A stretch of DNA of 64,000 bases from Octopus sinensis (taxonomy: Eukaryota), in contig NC_043022.1 in assembly GCF_006345805.1 (NCBI RefSeq), forward strand, positions 5,890,001 to 5,954,000. The letters are read 5' to 3'. Below the pieces are notes generated by a model. That model did no database searches, was not told the DNA's origin, and saw nothing but the letters and a program-made list of their open reading frames with translations. Positions 38,396 through 52,527 of the stretch are shown here, in pieces (positions within the stretch are counted from its first letter, which is position 1; every line of letters begins with the position of its first letter). The translations under genes were made by a program, and so were the position numbers.

Positions 38396-38901
38396 GCAAA
38401 ATAATACAATAATAATGTTTGTGTGTGTGTTTGTTTATGTATGTGCATTCGTGTGTGCCTACACGTTGATCTGTATATGCGTTTGTGTGTCTGCCATTTG
38501 TTACGTATAAACGAGGTCCTTAACATGGCAACGAAGCCGTTAGTAGTACATGACATCAAAACAGAAATAGGAAACCCAATGACAAGACCGTAACACTTCT
38601 CATGTTATATGCCCCACCATCCCCTCCGACCATGCCCTCCCCAACTCTCCACTGAACTCCTTTTGTTATGCAATGCAAATTTTTCTGCACATTTTTGCTG
38701 CCGCTGACAACAACTGCTTGAAATATTCTTGGATTGTATTTCATCAGATAAACACTCGCTCAGTTGATGGGGTTCCTATCAAAACAGGTCTCAAGCTTCT
38801 TGTGGGAGTTTGGCAACGACTGAAGTAACAGCCATACTCTGTTCGTACATGCACGCACACATTCATTCTTATATATGTGTGTGTGTGTGTATGTATCTCT
38901 C

Positions 38902-38944
<43 letters not shown>

Positions 38945-39009
38945 CATTTATATGTGCACATAGTTCTCTCTCTCATATTCTCATATACATTTATATGTGT
39001 ATATATTTA

Positions 39010-39059
<50 letters not shown>

Positions 39060-39770
39060 TGTCATGACAACAACAGCCACACAGACGAGAGAAATTCTAT
39101 CCGTGGTTAGTGAAATTGCTAGAAATAACAGTACATACTGGATGATATGCTCCTGGGTTTCTTATGTGCAAGGTAAAGACAGGATGGTCACAGCTGGAAT
39201 GTCTTTTAATCATAGGTTTGTTCTATCAAAGGTGGGGAGGTTAAATGACTCCAGTAACAACAATATGGGAAGCTGTTACATGGTCTCGCATCCTGTTAGA
39301 AATAACAGCCAAACCTCTCATATCATACGCTTTGACATATTGGACCCTGATGCAGTCTTAGATGTGTTAGACAGGATGGTCATGGCTGGAACGCCACTGC
39401 TCATACAAATCTGTTTGATCAGAACTGATCCGGTGCCACATAACACACACACAAAATATATCAGCCTTTTGTTAAGTCTTCATTTAATATGTCTGCACAT
39501 TTGTGTGTCTGTGTGTGTGTGTGTGTGTCTGTGTGTCCGTGTGTGTGTGTGTCTGTGTGTCCGTGTGTGTGTGTGTGTGTGTGTGTGTCTGTGTGTGTGT
39601 GTGTCTGTGTGTGTGTGCAATTATGCACATCTGTATACACTTGCACCGTGCACATGTGCATGTGCAGGCTAGGTCTTTTAATTTTGCTTATCAGCAGTTT
39701 GTATGTGCAGAGAACGAAACATAAATATGTTGCACCCGTTTAATTCTGCATGTGTGTATGCATATACATA

Positions 39771-40089
39771 TAAGCCTAGTACTTATTCTATTGGTCTCTT
39801 TTGCCAAACTGCTAAGTTACAGGGACGTAAACACTCCAACATCGGTTGTCAAGCGAGGTTGCAGGGACAAACACAGACGCACAAACGTAACACACACATA
39901 CATATATATATATATATACATATATACGACGGGCTTCTTTCAGTTTCCGTCTACCAAATCCACTCAAAAGCCTTTGGTCGGACCGAGGCTATAGTAGAAG
40001 ACACTTGCCCAAGGTGCCACGCATTGGAACTGAACTCGGAACCATGTGGTTGGTAAGCAAGCTACTTACCTCACAGCCACTCCTGCGCC
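39771..40089 (-). mobile_element. SINE family A, lacking 3' end
   Basis: Head and middle present; stops at TAAGCCTAGTAC. Confidence 0.85.
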
Positions 40090-40129
40090 CTAAGGAACTA
40101 AAAGGAAAGTTAGTATGTTTGTGTTTGTG

Positions 40130-41060
<931 letters not shown>

Positions 41061-41390
41061 AGATTATATATTGGAAAAATGTGGTGAGTTCTTGAGACAG
41101 TTGGGTATATTTGAGAAAAAAAAGAATGGCTTCACTGGTAGATCTAATCAGTTTCATTTATTATTTTTAATTTTTTAATAATATAAATTTTAGTTCACAG
41201 ATCTAGTAAGTTCTTCATTAACTTGGATGTGGAGAATTTCTTTCAAATTCTGAGTTCAAATTTTGCCGAGGTCGACTTTGCCTTTCATCCTTCCGGGGTC
41301 AATAAATTAAGTACCAGTTGAACACTGGGGTCGATGTAATTGACTCATCCCCTCCCCCGAAATTGCTGCCCTTGTGAAAAAATTTGAAAC

Positions 41391-41469
<79 letters not shown>

Positions 41470-41473
41470 AATA

Positions 41474-41508
<35 letters not shown>

Positions 41509-42458
41509 CATCATTGTTGTTGTTATTATTATTATCATTATTATTGAGAGAGCAGCACATGCCATCAAAGTGACACTTGGGTAGAAGTATACAAAGTCCA
41601 ATATACCCCTCATGATCAGGGCCAGCCCTAGGGTTGCTGGCACCCTGGGCAAGCTGAACTTTGGCACCTTTACAAGTGTAATTTTTTAAGACTTTCACAG
41701 GGAGACAAACTGAAAATGTAGGCTAAAAAGCACGTGACGACTGCATCACAACCATATGTGCATGACATGGTGATCGCATATCAGGATAAACAGCGCATGA
41801 CCTTGCAGGTGGGGCCCAGTTAGAATTTCTTTCAGGTCAAGTATCCCATCCCACAGGGTGTTGAACGAAACACCCATGTTTCCAGAGGTGAATTATCCAA
41901 ACCTCTAAGAATCCCTCTCAACACATGGCTATGATGCTCCCCCACTACTTCTGCTTGTGATCAGAGATGCACATATTGTCAGCCACTAAGGGACATGCTC
42001 AACTGGTTAAGGTCAAACAACTGACAAGCAAGTCTGTGGTATTGAGCAGAATATTTGCTGTAGCCCATCTTTTATACCAAGACAATGCACATGGTAACAC
42101 TTCCAATCAGTTAAGATCAGAAGCCATGAGAGCCACTGCCTGGTACTGCATCAGGGCATTTATGATTATTATTATTATTAATATTATTATTATTATTATT
42201 ATTAGTATCATTATTATTACTACTTTAAGGTGGTGAGCTGGCAGAATCATTAGCAGGCTGGGCAAAATGCTTCACGGCTTTTCATTTGTCTTCATCGTCT
42301 GAGTTCAAATTCTACTGAGGTCAACTTTGCCTTTCATCATTTCGCGGTCGATACATTAAATACCAGTGAAAAACTGGGGTCTGTGTAATTGACTAGTCCC
42401 CTTCCCCCAAAATTTCAGGCCTTGTGCATTCAGTATAAAGGATTATTATCATTTTAAC

Positions 42459-42498
<40 letters not shown>

Positions 42499-43192
42499 TA
42501 TGTGACCAAATTCTGTAACCCACGCCTATTTATACATTGCCATTCTGTAAATACAACAGATTTTGTTTTGTTTTTAAAGAAACAGGCATCTGGGAAAAGT
42601 CTCTGCACACGCACACACACACACCTCTCTCTCTCTCTCTCTCTGAACTGTTGGCATATATAAATACATCTAAATCTACATGTGTTGTGTGTGTGTGTGT
42701 GTGCGCTTGTGTTTGTTTATTTAATGTAAACTCATTCTATTTACAAAGTGTCTTAGTCAAGGAATCCATTAGAAGTGGGTTCTAATGAGGTCTGTGATAC
42801 AGAACAAACTGCTGCTGATGATGCCGAGGCTTCATGTGGCCACAGCAGCAGCAGCCAGCAGACAATGTCTTTAATAAAGAAAACATCAAAGGAATGGTTC
42901 CTTGCTAATCCAACATTACCAAAAAATATGATGAATTTTTCTTTTGGCTGCGACTTCTTTTGTTTTTAATGAAATAACCAAAATAAAGAAACACGAAATG
43001 TTTCTAAAATGATAGAATGCAGTCAGAGACGTGTGTGACTGTGTAGTTAAGAAGCTGGCCTCACCATCTCGTCGTTCTGGGTTCAATCTCACTGTGCAGG
43101 ACCTTTGGAATTTTAACTCAGAACATAAATGGGCAAAGTGCCACTAAACAGTTTGTCTGGCATGCTAACGACTCTACCAGATTGCCGCCTTA

Positions 43193-43625
43193 ATTAATAA
43201 TAATAACAATAATAATTATAAAAATAATGATAATAATAATAATGATAATAATAATGATAATAATAATGATAATAATAATAATAATAATAATGATAATAAT
43301 AATGATAATAATAATGATAATAATAATGATAATAATAATAATAACAATAATAATGATAATTATAATAATAATAATAATAATAAAAATAATGATAATAATA
43401 ATAATGATAATAATAATGATAATAATAATGATAATAATAATAATAATGATAATAATAATGATAATAATATAATATAATATAATAATAATAATGATAATTA
43501 TAATAATAATAACAATATAATAATAAAAATAATGATAATAATAATGATAATAATAATAATATAATATGATATAATAATAATAATAACAATAATAATAATG
43601 ATAATAATAATAATATAATAAATAA
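43193..43625. repeat. (AAT)n/(GAT)n compound trinucleotide repeat
   Basis: Direct reading. Confidence 0.95.
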
Positions 43626-43856
43626 GGGTTTCAAATTTTGGCATAAGGCCAACAGTTTTGGGGGAGGGGGTTAAGTTGATTACATCGACCCCCCACCCAC
43701 ACCTCCAGTGTTCAACTGGTACTTATTTTATCAACCCCAAAAGGATGAGCAAAGTCAACCTCGGCGGAATTTGAACCCAGAACGGAACGGCAGACGAAAT
43801 GCAGCTAGGCATTTCGCCTGGCATGCTAACGACTCTGCCAGCTCGTTACCTTTAAA

Positions 43857-43895
<39 letters not shown>

Positions 43896-44330
43896 GGCAA
43901 CAAGCTGGCAGAGACGTTAGCATGCCGGGCAAAATGCGTAGCCGTATTTCGTCTGCCGTTCCGTTGCCTTTCATCCTTTCGGGGTCGATAAACTAAGTAC
44001 CAGTTACACACTGGGGTCGATGTAATCGACTTAATTCGTTTGTCTGTCCTTGCTTGTCCCCTCTGTGTGTAGCCCCTTGTGGGTAGTAAAGAAATAGATA
44101 ATAATAATAATAATAATCCTTTCCACTATAGGCACAAGGCCGGAAATTTAGGGTATGTGGCTACTCAATTACATTGAGCCCAGTGCGTAACTGGTACTTA
44201 TTTCATTGCCCACAAAAGGATGAAAGTCAGAGCCAACCTTGGCTGAACTTGAACTCAGAATGTAGCGATGAGTGAAATACTGCTAAGAATTTCACCTGGG
44301 GTGCTAACGATTCTACCTGCTCACCACCCT
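43620..44330. mobile_element. Cluster of three SINE family B copies (about 43620-43852 minus, 43896-44098 plus, 44125-44330 minus)
   Basis: Core motif present three times, separated by (AAT)n tracts. Confidence 0.8.
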
Positions 44331-44389
44331 CGTAACATTGGCATAAAGACAGACATTTACAGAGAAGGGGAAAAGTCGATTAACTTTTA

Positions 44390-44805
44390 GCGCAGGAGTG
44401 GCTGTGTGGTAAGTAGCTTGTTTACCAACCGCATGGTTCCGGGTTCAGTCTCACTGCGTGGCATCTTGGGCAAGTGTCTTCTACTATACCCTCGGGCCGA
44501 CCAAAGCCTTGTGAGTGGATTTGGTAGACGGAAACTGAAAGAAGCCTGTCGTATATATATATATATGTATATGTATGTGTGTGTTTGTGTGTCTGTCTGT
44601 GTTTGTCCCCCTAGCATTGCTTGACAACCGATGTTGGTGTGTTTACGTCCCCGTTACTTAGCAGTTCGGCAAAAGAGACCGATAGAATAAGTACTGGGCT
44701 TACAAAGAATAAGTCCCGGGGTCGATTTGCTCGACTAAAGGCGGTGCCCCAGCATGGCCGCAGTCAAATGACTGAAACAAGTAAAAGAGTAAAAGAGAGA
44801 GAGAG
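44390..44805 (+). mobile_element. SINE family A, full length
   Basis: Colinear copy with CpGs retained (young). Confidence 0.92.
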
Positions 44806-45097
44806 TAACTGAAATTTTCCATAGACACGACCATCATCAATTGATGTCTCAGCATCTTCTTCATCCAATGTGCCGAAGTATAATCAGGCCTTAATTGGTT
44901 TGGGCAGATCAAGTCATAAATGAAAGATTTATACAGAGATGAAGTTTTTTTTTCTTTCTGACTTTCCTTCATCATTAGGTGAGTGACTTTGACAATCTAA
45001 GACAATTAAAATATCATTTCTATTCGTCTTAGGCATTCAGATTTATTCTCTGTCAAATGTAAGGATTATTTTTTTCAAATCATTTCGAATTTATCAT

Positions 45098-45421
45098 ACA
45101 CTAGCAGTAAGGGAAATAACTATATAAGCATTTTTAGAGAGTTATAGCCAAAAAATAGCAAAAAAATGCATCGTAGACATTTTTAGAGAGTTACTTTTAT
45201 ATAATAGCGGAAAAAATGCATTAAAATGGAAAAAAATTATGGTAATTTTTTTTTTTAATTGTAGACTCATCGTAGACGCGCGCTAATACCCAGAAGGGCT
45301 CGATATGAATCACGACTATAAGATACCTGGTTTTGGGTAAACTGCACCGCAAAATCTGGGAGTAGTTAGGAATCTAAATTGTAGGAGCCAGACACACAAC
45401 CTCTCTTTTATATATAAAGAT
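45098..45421 (+). mobile_element. Related Helentron/DINE-like element lacking the 5' hairpin
   Basis: ACTAGCAGTAAGGGAAATAACTATA..AGCATTTTT.GAGAGTTATAG.CAAAAAATAGCAAAAAAATG shared with 57.9 kb; ends TTTTATATATAAAGAT. Confidence 0.5.
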
Positions 45422-45547
45422 TATCTCGTAGCTTTGAGATTTCAGCAATGTGATTGTTTATTTTTGGAATGACATTGTCAGTTAGGTGAGAGAGACAGGA
45501 TCTGGCCAGTTTGAACATGAAACAGGTGGAATACTTGGGCTGGATAT

Positions 45548-45885
45548 GGTAAAAGGGTAAAGACCCCCTTCAGTCATGAATGACCATGGGATTGCACCTA
45601 GAAAGTTCCCCACCGCCCCAAGGCACAAGTCTGGTCAAAGTTGTTTATGGAAGACCAGCAGCGACCCATGCATACCACCCTCCCCCCTCTTCATACCACT
45701 GGGAAAGGCAAAGGGGCCAATACAGCTTGGCACCAGTGACATCACAACTCGTTTCCACGGCTGAGTGAACTGGAGCAACATGAAATGAAGTGTCTTGCTC
45801 AAGAACACAACACACAGCCCAGTGTGGGAATTGAACACACGACCTCATGCTTGGGAGCCCTACGCTCTAACCACTGAGCCATGAA
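45548..45885 (-). mobile_element. tRNA-derived SINE, family E
   Basis: Head TGGCTCAGTGGTTAGAG..GGTCGTGTGTTCAATTCCC, core TTCTTGAGCAAGACACTTCA, tail GGGTCTTTACCCTTTTACC. Confidence 0.75.
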
Positions 45886-46101
45886 CTGGATGTGGATGAT
45901 TTAAATGCTTAAGAATTAAAAGTGAAAATAAGCATAAAAGTTAGTCTGAAGGCAAAAAGTACCATTCTGTTACGTTGCCTGCCTGGCACAGACATTTCAT
46001 GCAACCTTTTCTTGCATTTTAAGGGTTAAACTGATTTGGTAATCTATTGACCCCAGAATGGTGAATGGCAAAGTTGCCCTCAATAGAATTTGAACTCGCA
46101 A

Positions 46102-46104
<3 letters not shown>

Positions 46105-46139
<35 letters not shown>

Positions 46140-46405
46140 CATCATCATCATCATCGTTTAGCGTCCGTTTTCCATGCTACCATGGGTTGGACGGTTCTAC
46201 TGGGGGTCTGTGAAGCCAGAAGGCTTCATCAGGCCCAGTCAAATCTGGCAGTGTTTCTACGGTTGGATGCCCTTCCTAACGCCAACCACTCCGTGAGTGT
46301 AGTGGGTGCTCTTTTACGTGCCACCCGCACAGGTGCCAGACGAGGCTGGCAAACGGCCACGAACGGATGGTGCTTTTTATGTGCCACCGGCACGAGGGCC
46401 AGGCG
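46105..46405 (-). mobile_element. Retroposon family C
   Basis: Long (CAT)n followed by the same module. Confidence 0.85.
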
Positions 46406-47104
46406 AAAGAGCCAAAAGAAATACCACCAGATATTTTGTTGGATGCTCTACCGATTCTGGCTTGGTTGCCAAGTTATTATTAATGATTGCTGTAGAGTTT
46501 TAGTTATTGTCCAACAGAATGGTTTCTCGTCTGTTTTTTTTTTTTATTTTCTTTTGGATCTGCTTTGTATTAAATTGGTAAATATTTATAAAAACTGATC
46601 CACACGCCTACCCACCCCCACACACGCACACACACACACACACACACACATGTGCAAATACACATGCATACACATACTCTTGCACATAACTCTACACCCA
46701 CATTCTGTAATACATACACACAACACTACCTGTCCGTACAAAAACGATTGCATACACACTCACACACACACACTACACACATCAGCAATCAATAAATGCA
46801 CATATTGCACTAATAACAAGCAGATTAATTGTGCAGCCAAAAAACAAACGACATCACAATTGCTCCAGAATTTTAATGAAATGAGTTTTGTCGGTTGGAA
46901 GGAATCGCAGCATCTTGCCATCAATAACGGAAAAAACTTGTCATTTCATCAAATATTTACAACCTATCAAACCCACGTCTTCTCTGGCATATGTTTTACC
47001 ATTTGCTATTTCCTCTTGAACGATGACGACATCACAATGACGATGATGACGATGATGATGATGGTGATGATCTTGGTGGTGATGTCAGTAGTGATTTTGA
47101 TGGT

Positions 47105-47500
47105 GTGGTGGTTGTGGTGGTAGTGGGGGTAGTGGCTTGCATTGGTTGTGGTGGTGGTGGTAGTGGAGGTAGTGGCTGCATTGGTTGTGGTGGTGGTGGT
47201 GGAGGTAGTGGCTGCATTGGTTGTTGTGGTGGTGGTGGTGGTGGTCGTGGTCGTGGTCGGGGTGATGGTTGTGGTGGTAGTGGGGTAGTGGCTGCATTGG
47301 TTGTGGTGGTAGTGGAGGTAGTGGCTGCATTGGTTGTGTGGTGGTGGTGGTGGTGGTGGTGGTGATGGTTGTGGGGGTAGTGGCTGCATTGGTTGTGGTG
47401 GTGGTGGTGGTGGTTGTGATGGTGGTGGTGATGGTTGTGGTGGTAGTGGGGGTAGTGGCTGCATTGGTTGTGGTGGTGGTTGTGGTGGTGGTGGTGGTGA
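47105..47500. repeat. GGT-based minisatellite (GGTAGTGGCTGCATTGGTTGTGGTGGT)
   Basis: AGTGGCT(G/T)GCATTGGTTGT-type anchor repeated about 7 times. Confidence 0.9.
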
Positions 47501-47768
47501 TGCACTTTGGGCGGGGGGGGGGGTGAGCAGGCACAAATGCAAAACACACATCTTTGCTAATTTCCTGTTTGTTTTCTCATCGTTTTAGCCAATAATGGGA
47601 CACCCACTTGCTCTTGCACACCCACCCACCCATCCACACACATTGGCCATCCTTGTTCATTCCTCCTCATGGAATTGTTTGTTTTAGTGGTGATGGTGCG
47701 ACAGAGAGTGGAGCAAGTTATGATAACCAATAGGAAATTCGTCAGTGTCATTTATATATACACACACA

Positions 47769-47808
<40 letters not shown>

Positions 47809-48767
47809 ATGGCTCATGAAAGTAGGTTCCATTACTCTGCTATTTACATTCACACCTGCTGCCACTTCCAGCAAACACCCCCTCCCCTCCACCTCTATTC
47901 TTTATTAGCTCCTCCCCCCTCCTCATCATGAGCTTCGTCATTCAATTATTCAAACGGTTGTTTTAATTAAATCTTATCATTCATCACTAGGAGGGCCTCT
48001 GCGGTCCACACATCCAACCCCAGATCTTTTGAACAATGTTTGACTGGTTAAGTGGAACAGTTCACCTCAGAACACCATTGGTACATTGTTTTTTTCTTGA
48101 AACGAATCCTGGTTTCCACAGACTGGATTCCCAGAGGACTTCAGTTCAACCCCTGTGGCCTTATGGACACCTCTGTATTATAACAAGTCACTGTTTCCTC
48201 AGAAGAATATTAGGGAGTGCTGCATTGGAACTTTCTTAGACTCAGTTACCATTTCAGATTTACAGAGAGAACCGTTTCTACCTTGTGGCCTGACACACTT
48301 CAAGACTATCTACACAGCTGAAGCTAATTTACGCCTGACACCAAACACAGCGCTGTGTGTTAAATTCTTTCTGGCATTACATCATATACGCCCTACTGTA
48401 TGCGACATCTCGTGCTGCATCACAACCAAGCTGTATATTAAAACACAACACATTATTTTTCTCTCTTCACCACACACACACACACACACACACTTTCAAT
48501 TTTCTCTCACCAATCGAGAGGTGTTGTTGGGGAGAAAGTATTGACATCAACAAGTCATCTTATTACCTCCTTCACATACACCTGTTGCCAGTATATCCTT
48601 TCAGTTCACCCACCTCACACCGAGTACCTCACACTGGTACCATTTCTTCTCAGATATTTTATTTGAGTACTTTTATTGTGGACAGAGAGTTTGCAGTCTT
48701 CCATATTTCAATACACTGGTCTTCCATATTTTAATTTACACTGGTCTTCCATATTTTAATTTACACT

Positions 48768-49155
48768 GGCCCCTGTGCCGGTGGCATGTAAAAAGTACCA
48801 TCCGATCGTGGCAGTTGCCAGCGTTGTCTGGTCTCCGTGCTGGTGGCACGTAAAAAGCACCATCCGATCGTGGCCGTTCCCAGCCTTGCCCGGCCCCCGT
48901 GCCGGTGGCATGTAAAAGGCACCATCCGATCGTGACCGTTTGCCAGCCTCGTCTGGCACCTGTGCAGGTGGCACGTAAAAAGCACCCACTACACTCACGG
49001 AGTGGTTGGTGTTAGGAAGGGCATCCAGCTGTAGAAACACTGCCAGATCAGACTGAGCCTGGCGCAGCCTTCTGGCTTCCCAGACCCCAGTTGAACCGTC
49101 CAACCCATGCCAGCATGGAAAACGGACGTTAAACGATGATGATGATGATGATGAC
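48768..49155 (+). mobile_element. Retroposon family C with tandem internal units
   Basis: GTGGCA(C/T)GTAAAA.G.ACC occurs 4 times about 61 bp apart, then the 3' module and (GAT)n tail. Confidence 0.85.
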
Positions 49156-49191
49156 GACTGCTCTTCTTTAATTTAATACACACGCAAGTGA

Positions 49192-49500
49192 AGGCACATA
49201 GCTTAGTGGTTAGGGCATTCGGCTCATGATTGTAAGGTCATAAGTTCAATTCCCAGCAATGTGTTGTTCACTTGAACAAGACACTTTATTCTACATTGCT
49301 CCCGTCCACTCAGCTGGCCAAAATGAGTTGTACCAGTAATTCAAGAGGGCCCAGCCTTGTCACATTCTATGTTATGCTGAATCCCCTTGAGAGCTACATC
49401 AAGGGTATGCATGCCTGTGAAGTACTCAGCCACTTATATGCTAATTTCTTGAGCAGGCTGTTCCATCAATCGGATCAACTGGAGTGCTCATCATGGGGTA
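49192..49500 (+). mobile_element. tRNA-derived SINE related to family D
   Basis: A box TAGCTTAGTGG, B box AGTTCAATTCC, TTGAACAAGACACTT..TTGCTCC.GTCCACTCAGCTG core. Confidence 0.75.
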
Positions 49501-50696
49501 GGGTTGGGTTGACAGGAAGTTATCCTCAGAGCAGGGATCTGACCCCTAACACTTGCAACAGAGGGACGGACCACAAAAGCCAACTGGTGGTCATAAGCTT
49601 GAAGAAAGATTCAATCTACCACCCCAAACATTGGCTGGTATTTCTAGCATGTCATAGAGCCACATAGAGGGTCCCTAGCTTTTTAGTGTTAGTAAGTAGT
49701 GTTAGGCTGATCATGTAGCTGTAGTAGATGGTAGTGGTGGTGGTGGTGGTGGTGGTGTGGTGGCAGGTTGATAATGTATTCATCTGTAAATATGATAATG
49801 ATGGGTGAATTTGTGATGAAGGCTTAGAGTATGTTAATGTGGATTATTGTGATGATGGAGGGGGGGGTTAATGTCTGGTGGGTTGGGGTGGGTGTGGCCA
49901 TGACTGTGATGGCTGTTGTGATGATGATGATGATGATGATGATGGCAACAATAATAATGCTGATACTGGCAGTGGTGGTGAGGGAGGGGATGGTGGTGGT
50001 GGTGGTGTTGATGATGATGACGATGATGATGACAGTGGTGATGATGAAGATGATGATGACAGTGGCAACAATAATAATGCTGATACTGGCAGTGGTGGTG
50101 AGGGAGGGGATGATGACGGTGGTGAAGATGATGGTGGTGATGGTGGTGGTGGTGGTGGTGGTGTTGATGATGAAGATGATGATGATGATGACAGTGATGA
50201 TTGCTGCGGTGATATCGAATGTGACAGTACTAAAGACCTTCCCCACCTGAAGCAATTTACCATCAAAAGACCAGACTTTAAAGAACGGTCGAGATCGATG
50301 CCATCCTCTCTTGGCTCTGTTTGAGTGAAGAAACTTCTGGAATTTTAAACACAAAATTGATTCCAAGAACATCAAAGTCAGACAGGGTCACCGGGTATCC
50401 CTGTGCCTAAATTTGTTATTGAACTCAGCCGACATGAAAGGGTTTCAAATTGGTCTTGTTACCTGGAGTTCAGAGAATTCTGTTTTGTCTGCTAGAGAGA
50501 TGTCCTACACCCACACATCATCTATATTTCATAAAATGATGCTTTCAACAAATTCCTTTCATATATATATAAACATGAATGTTATTATTTATCATTTATT
50601 GTAAATGTTTTATTATTGTTGTTGTTGTTGATATTATTATTATTATTATTATTATCATCATCATCATCATTATTATGCTTAGTGGTATTTCGTCTC

Positions 50697-51082
50697 AACG
50701 TTAGCACGCCGGACGAAATGCGTAGCCGTATTTCGTCTACCGTTACGTTCTGAGTTCAAATTCCGCCGAGGTCGACTTTGCCTTTCATCCTTTCGGGGTC
50801 GATGAATTAAGTACCAGTTACGCACTGGGGTCGATTAATCGACTTAATCCGTTTGTCTGTCCTTGTTTATCCTCTCTGTGTTTAGCCCCTTGTGGGTAGT
50901 AAAGAAATAGGTATTTCGTCTGCCGCTACATTCTGAGTTCAGATTCTGCTGAGGTCAACTTTGCCTTTCATCCTTTTGAGGTCGATGAAATAAGGACCAG
51001 TTACATACTGGGGTCGATGTAATTGACTATCTCCTCCACCAAATTTCAGGCCTTTTCCTTATAATAGAAAGGGTTGTTATTA

Positions 51083-51127
<45 letters not shown>

Positions 51128-51291
51128 GGTGAGCTGGCAGAATCGTTGGCATGCCAGGTGAAATTGCATAGTGATATTTTGTCTGCTGCTACATTCTGAG
51201 TTCAAATTCCGCCGAGGTCGACTTTGCCTTTCATCCTTTCAGGGTCGATGAAGTAAATACCAGTTACAGACTGGGGTCGATATAATCGACT
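50697..51291 (+). mobile_element. Cluster of three same-strand SINE family B copies or fragments
   Basis: GAGTTCA(A/G)ATTC.GC.GAGGTC.ACTTTGCCTTTCATCC at about 50753, 50935 and 51198. Confidence 0.8.
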
Positions 51292-51810
51292 AGTCAAGAG
51301 AAATCATAGTTGCAGACAGTGCCAGTGACACATAAAAGGGACCCATGCTGGCGACATATAAATGGCACCCGTGATGGTGACACATAAATGGCACCCATGA
51401 CACTCTCGGAATGATTGGCATTAGGAAGAGCATCAAGCCGAAATCAGACTGGAACCTGGTGTAGCTTACCAGTTCCAGCCAAACCATCCAACCCATGCCA
51501 GCATGGAAAGCAGATGCTAAATGATGTTGTGAATTTAGTCTGAACCCTTTTCAACCCTTCTAAACATCTCCATACGATGGGGAAAGGGGCCTAGTTACCC
51601 AATGACAACCACTGCAAGACAATTGAAAATAGGTACCATAGAGGGGTACTCGGAGTGCCAATGTAGTCACAAACAGACTTAAACACCCTCCTGTGTAGAT
51701 TGTACACTGTTTATACAGGGTTAATTAGGAGTTGTGTCAAGTTTACGAGGACTTTGTTAAATTCTAATTATGAGTTTGGCTCCTGGATCTTTCTTTGAGC
51801 AGGAATCACA

Positions 51811-52198
51811 ATAGGCGCAGGAGTGGCATAGGCGCAGGAGTGGCTGTGTGGTAAGTAGCTTGCTAACCAACCACATGGTTCCAGGTTCAGTCCCACTGCG
51901 TGGCATCTTGGGCAAGTGTCTTCTGCTATAGCCCCGGGCCGACCAAGCCTTGTGAGTGGATTTGGTAGACGGAAACTGAAAGAAGCCTGTCATATATATG
52001 TATATATATATATATGTTTGTGTGTCTGTGTTTGTTCCCCTAGCATTGCTTGACAACCGATGCTGGTGTGTTTATGTCCGCGTCACTTAGCGGTTCGGCA
52101 AAAGAGACCGATAGAATAAGTTCTGGGGTCGAGTTGCTCGATTAAAGGCGGTGCTCCAGCATGGCCGCAGTCAAATGACTGAAACAAGTAAAAGAGAG
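51811..52198 (+). mobile_element. SINE family A with duplicated 5' 17-mer
   Basis: ATAGGCGCAGGAGTGGC occurs twice (51811-51844); short internal deletion. Confidence 0.9.
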
Positions 52199-52488
52199 AT
52201 GTGTCAGCAATGTGGCATCACTTCTTACTCTTCCACCGACACCATTCCATTGTGGCCTGAAAACACCAGCATCCAGTTCTCTTGTACATCTCTTGCATTG
52301 TTGTTTCGTTGTAGCGTCTCGATTGGTTTGTAAGCTAACTAAACCATCTGTTCTAAATCTACAACTATTTATAAATATATACAACTTGAATGAGTAAACA
52401 GACGGCATCTATTTTATAGGACAATGTTCAGGTTTGTATTTAATCATGTTGAACATTAACACCATTTCACTACCCTGACCCTAACCAC

Positions 52489-52527
<39 letters not shown>

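Noticed and set aside
39062-39445. Non-repetitive part of the 265-aa ORF
   Set aside because: Not protein-like; contains an internal repeated motif (GACAGGATGGTCA..GCTGGAA twice), more like a decayed interspersed repeat
41700-42150. Complex non-simple sequence, probably an interspersed repeat
   Set aside because: Single copy in the window; no termini or coding motif that I can assign
42815-42850. CTGATGA in ORF 42775-42969, and TCATCAG motifs at about 12123, 38742, 55917, 58206 and 62120
   Set aside because: No correctly placed GAAA or stems; not hammerheads. The ORF itself is short and unsupported
48768-48990. Regularly spaced repeats that superficially resemble a CRISPR array
   Set aside because: Spacers are homologous to each other, context is eukaryotic, no cas genes; internal tandem of a retroposon
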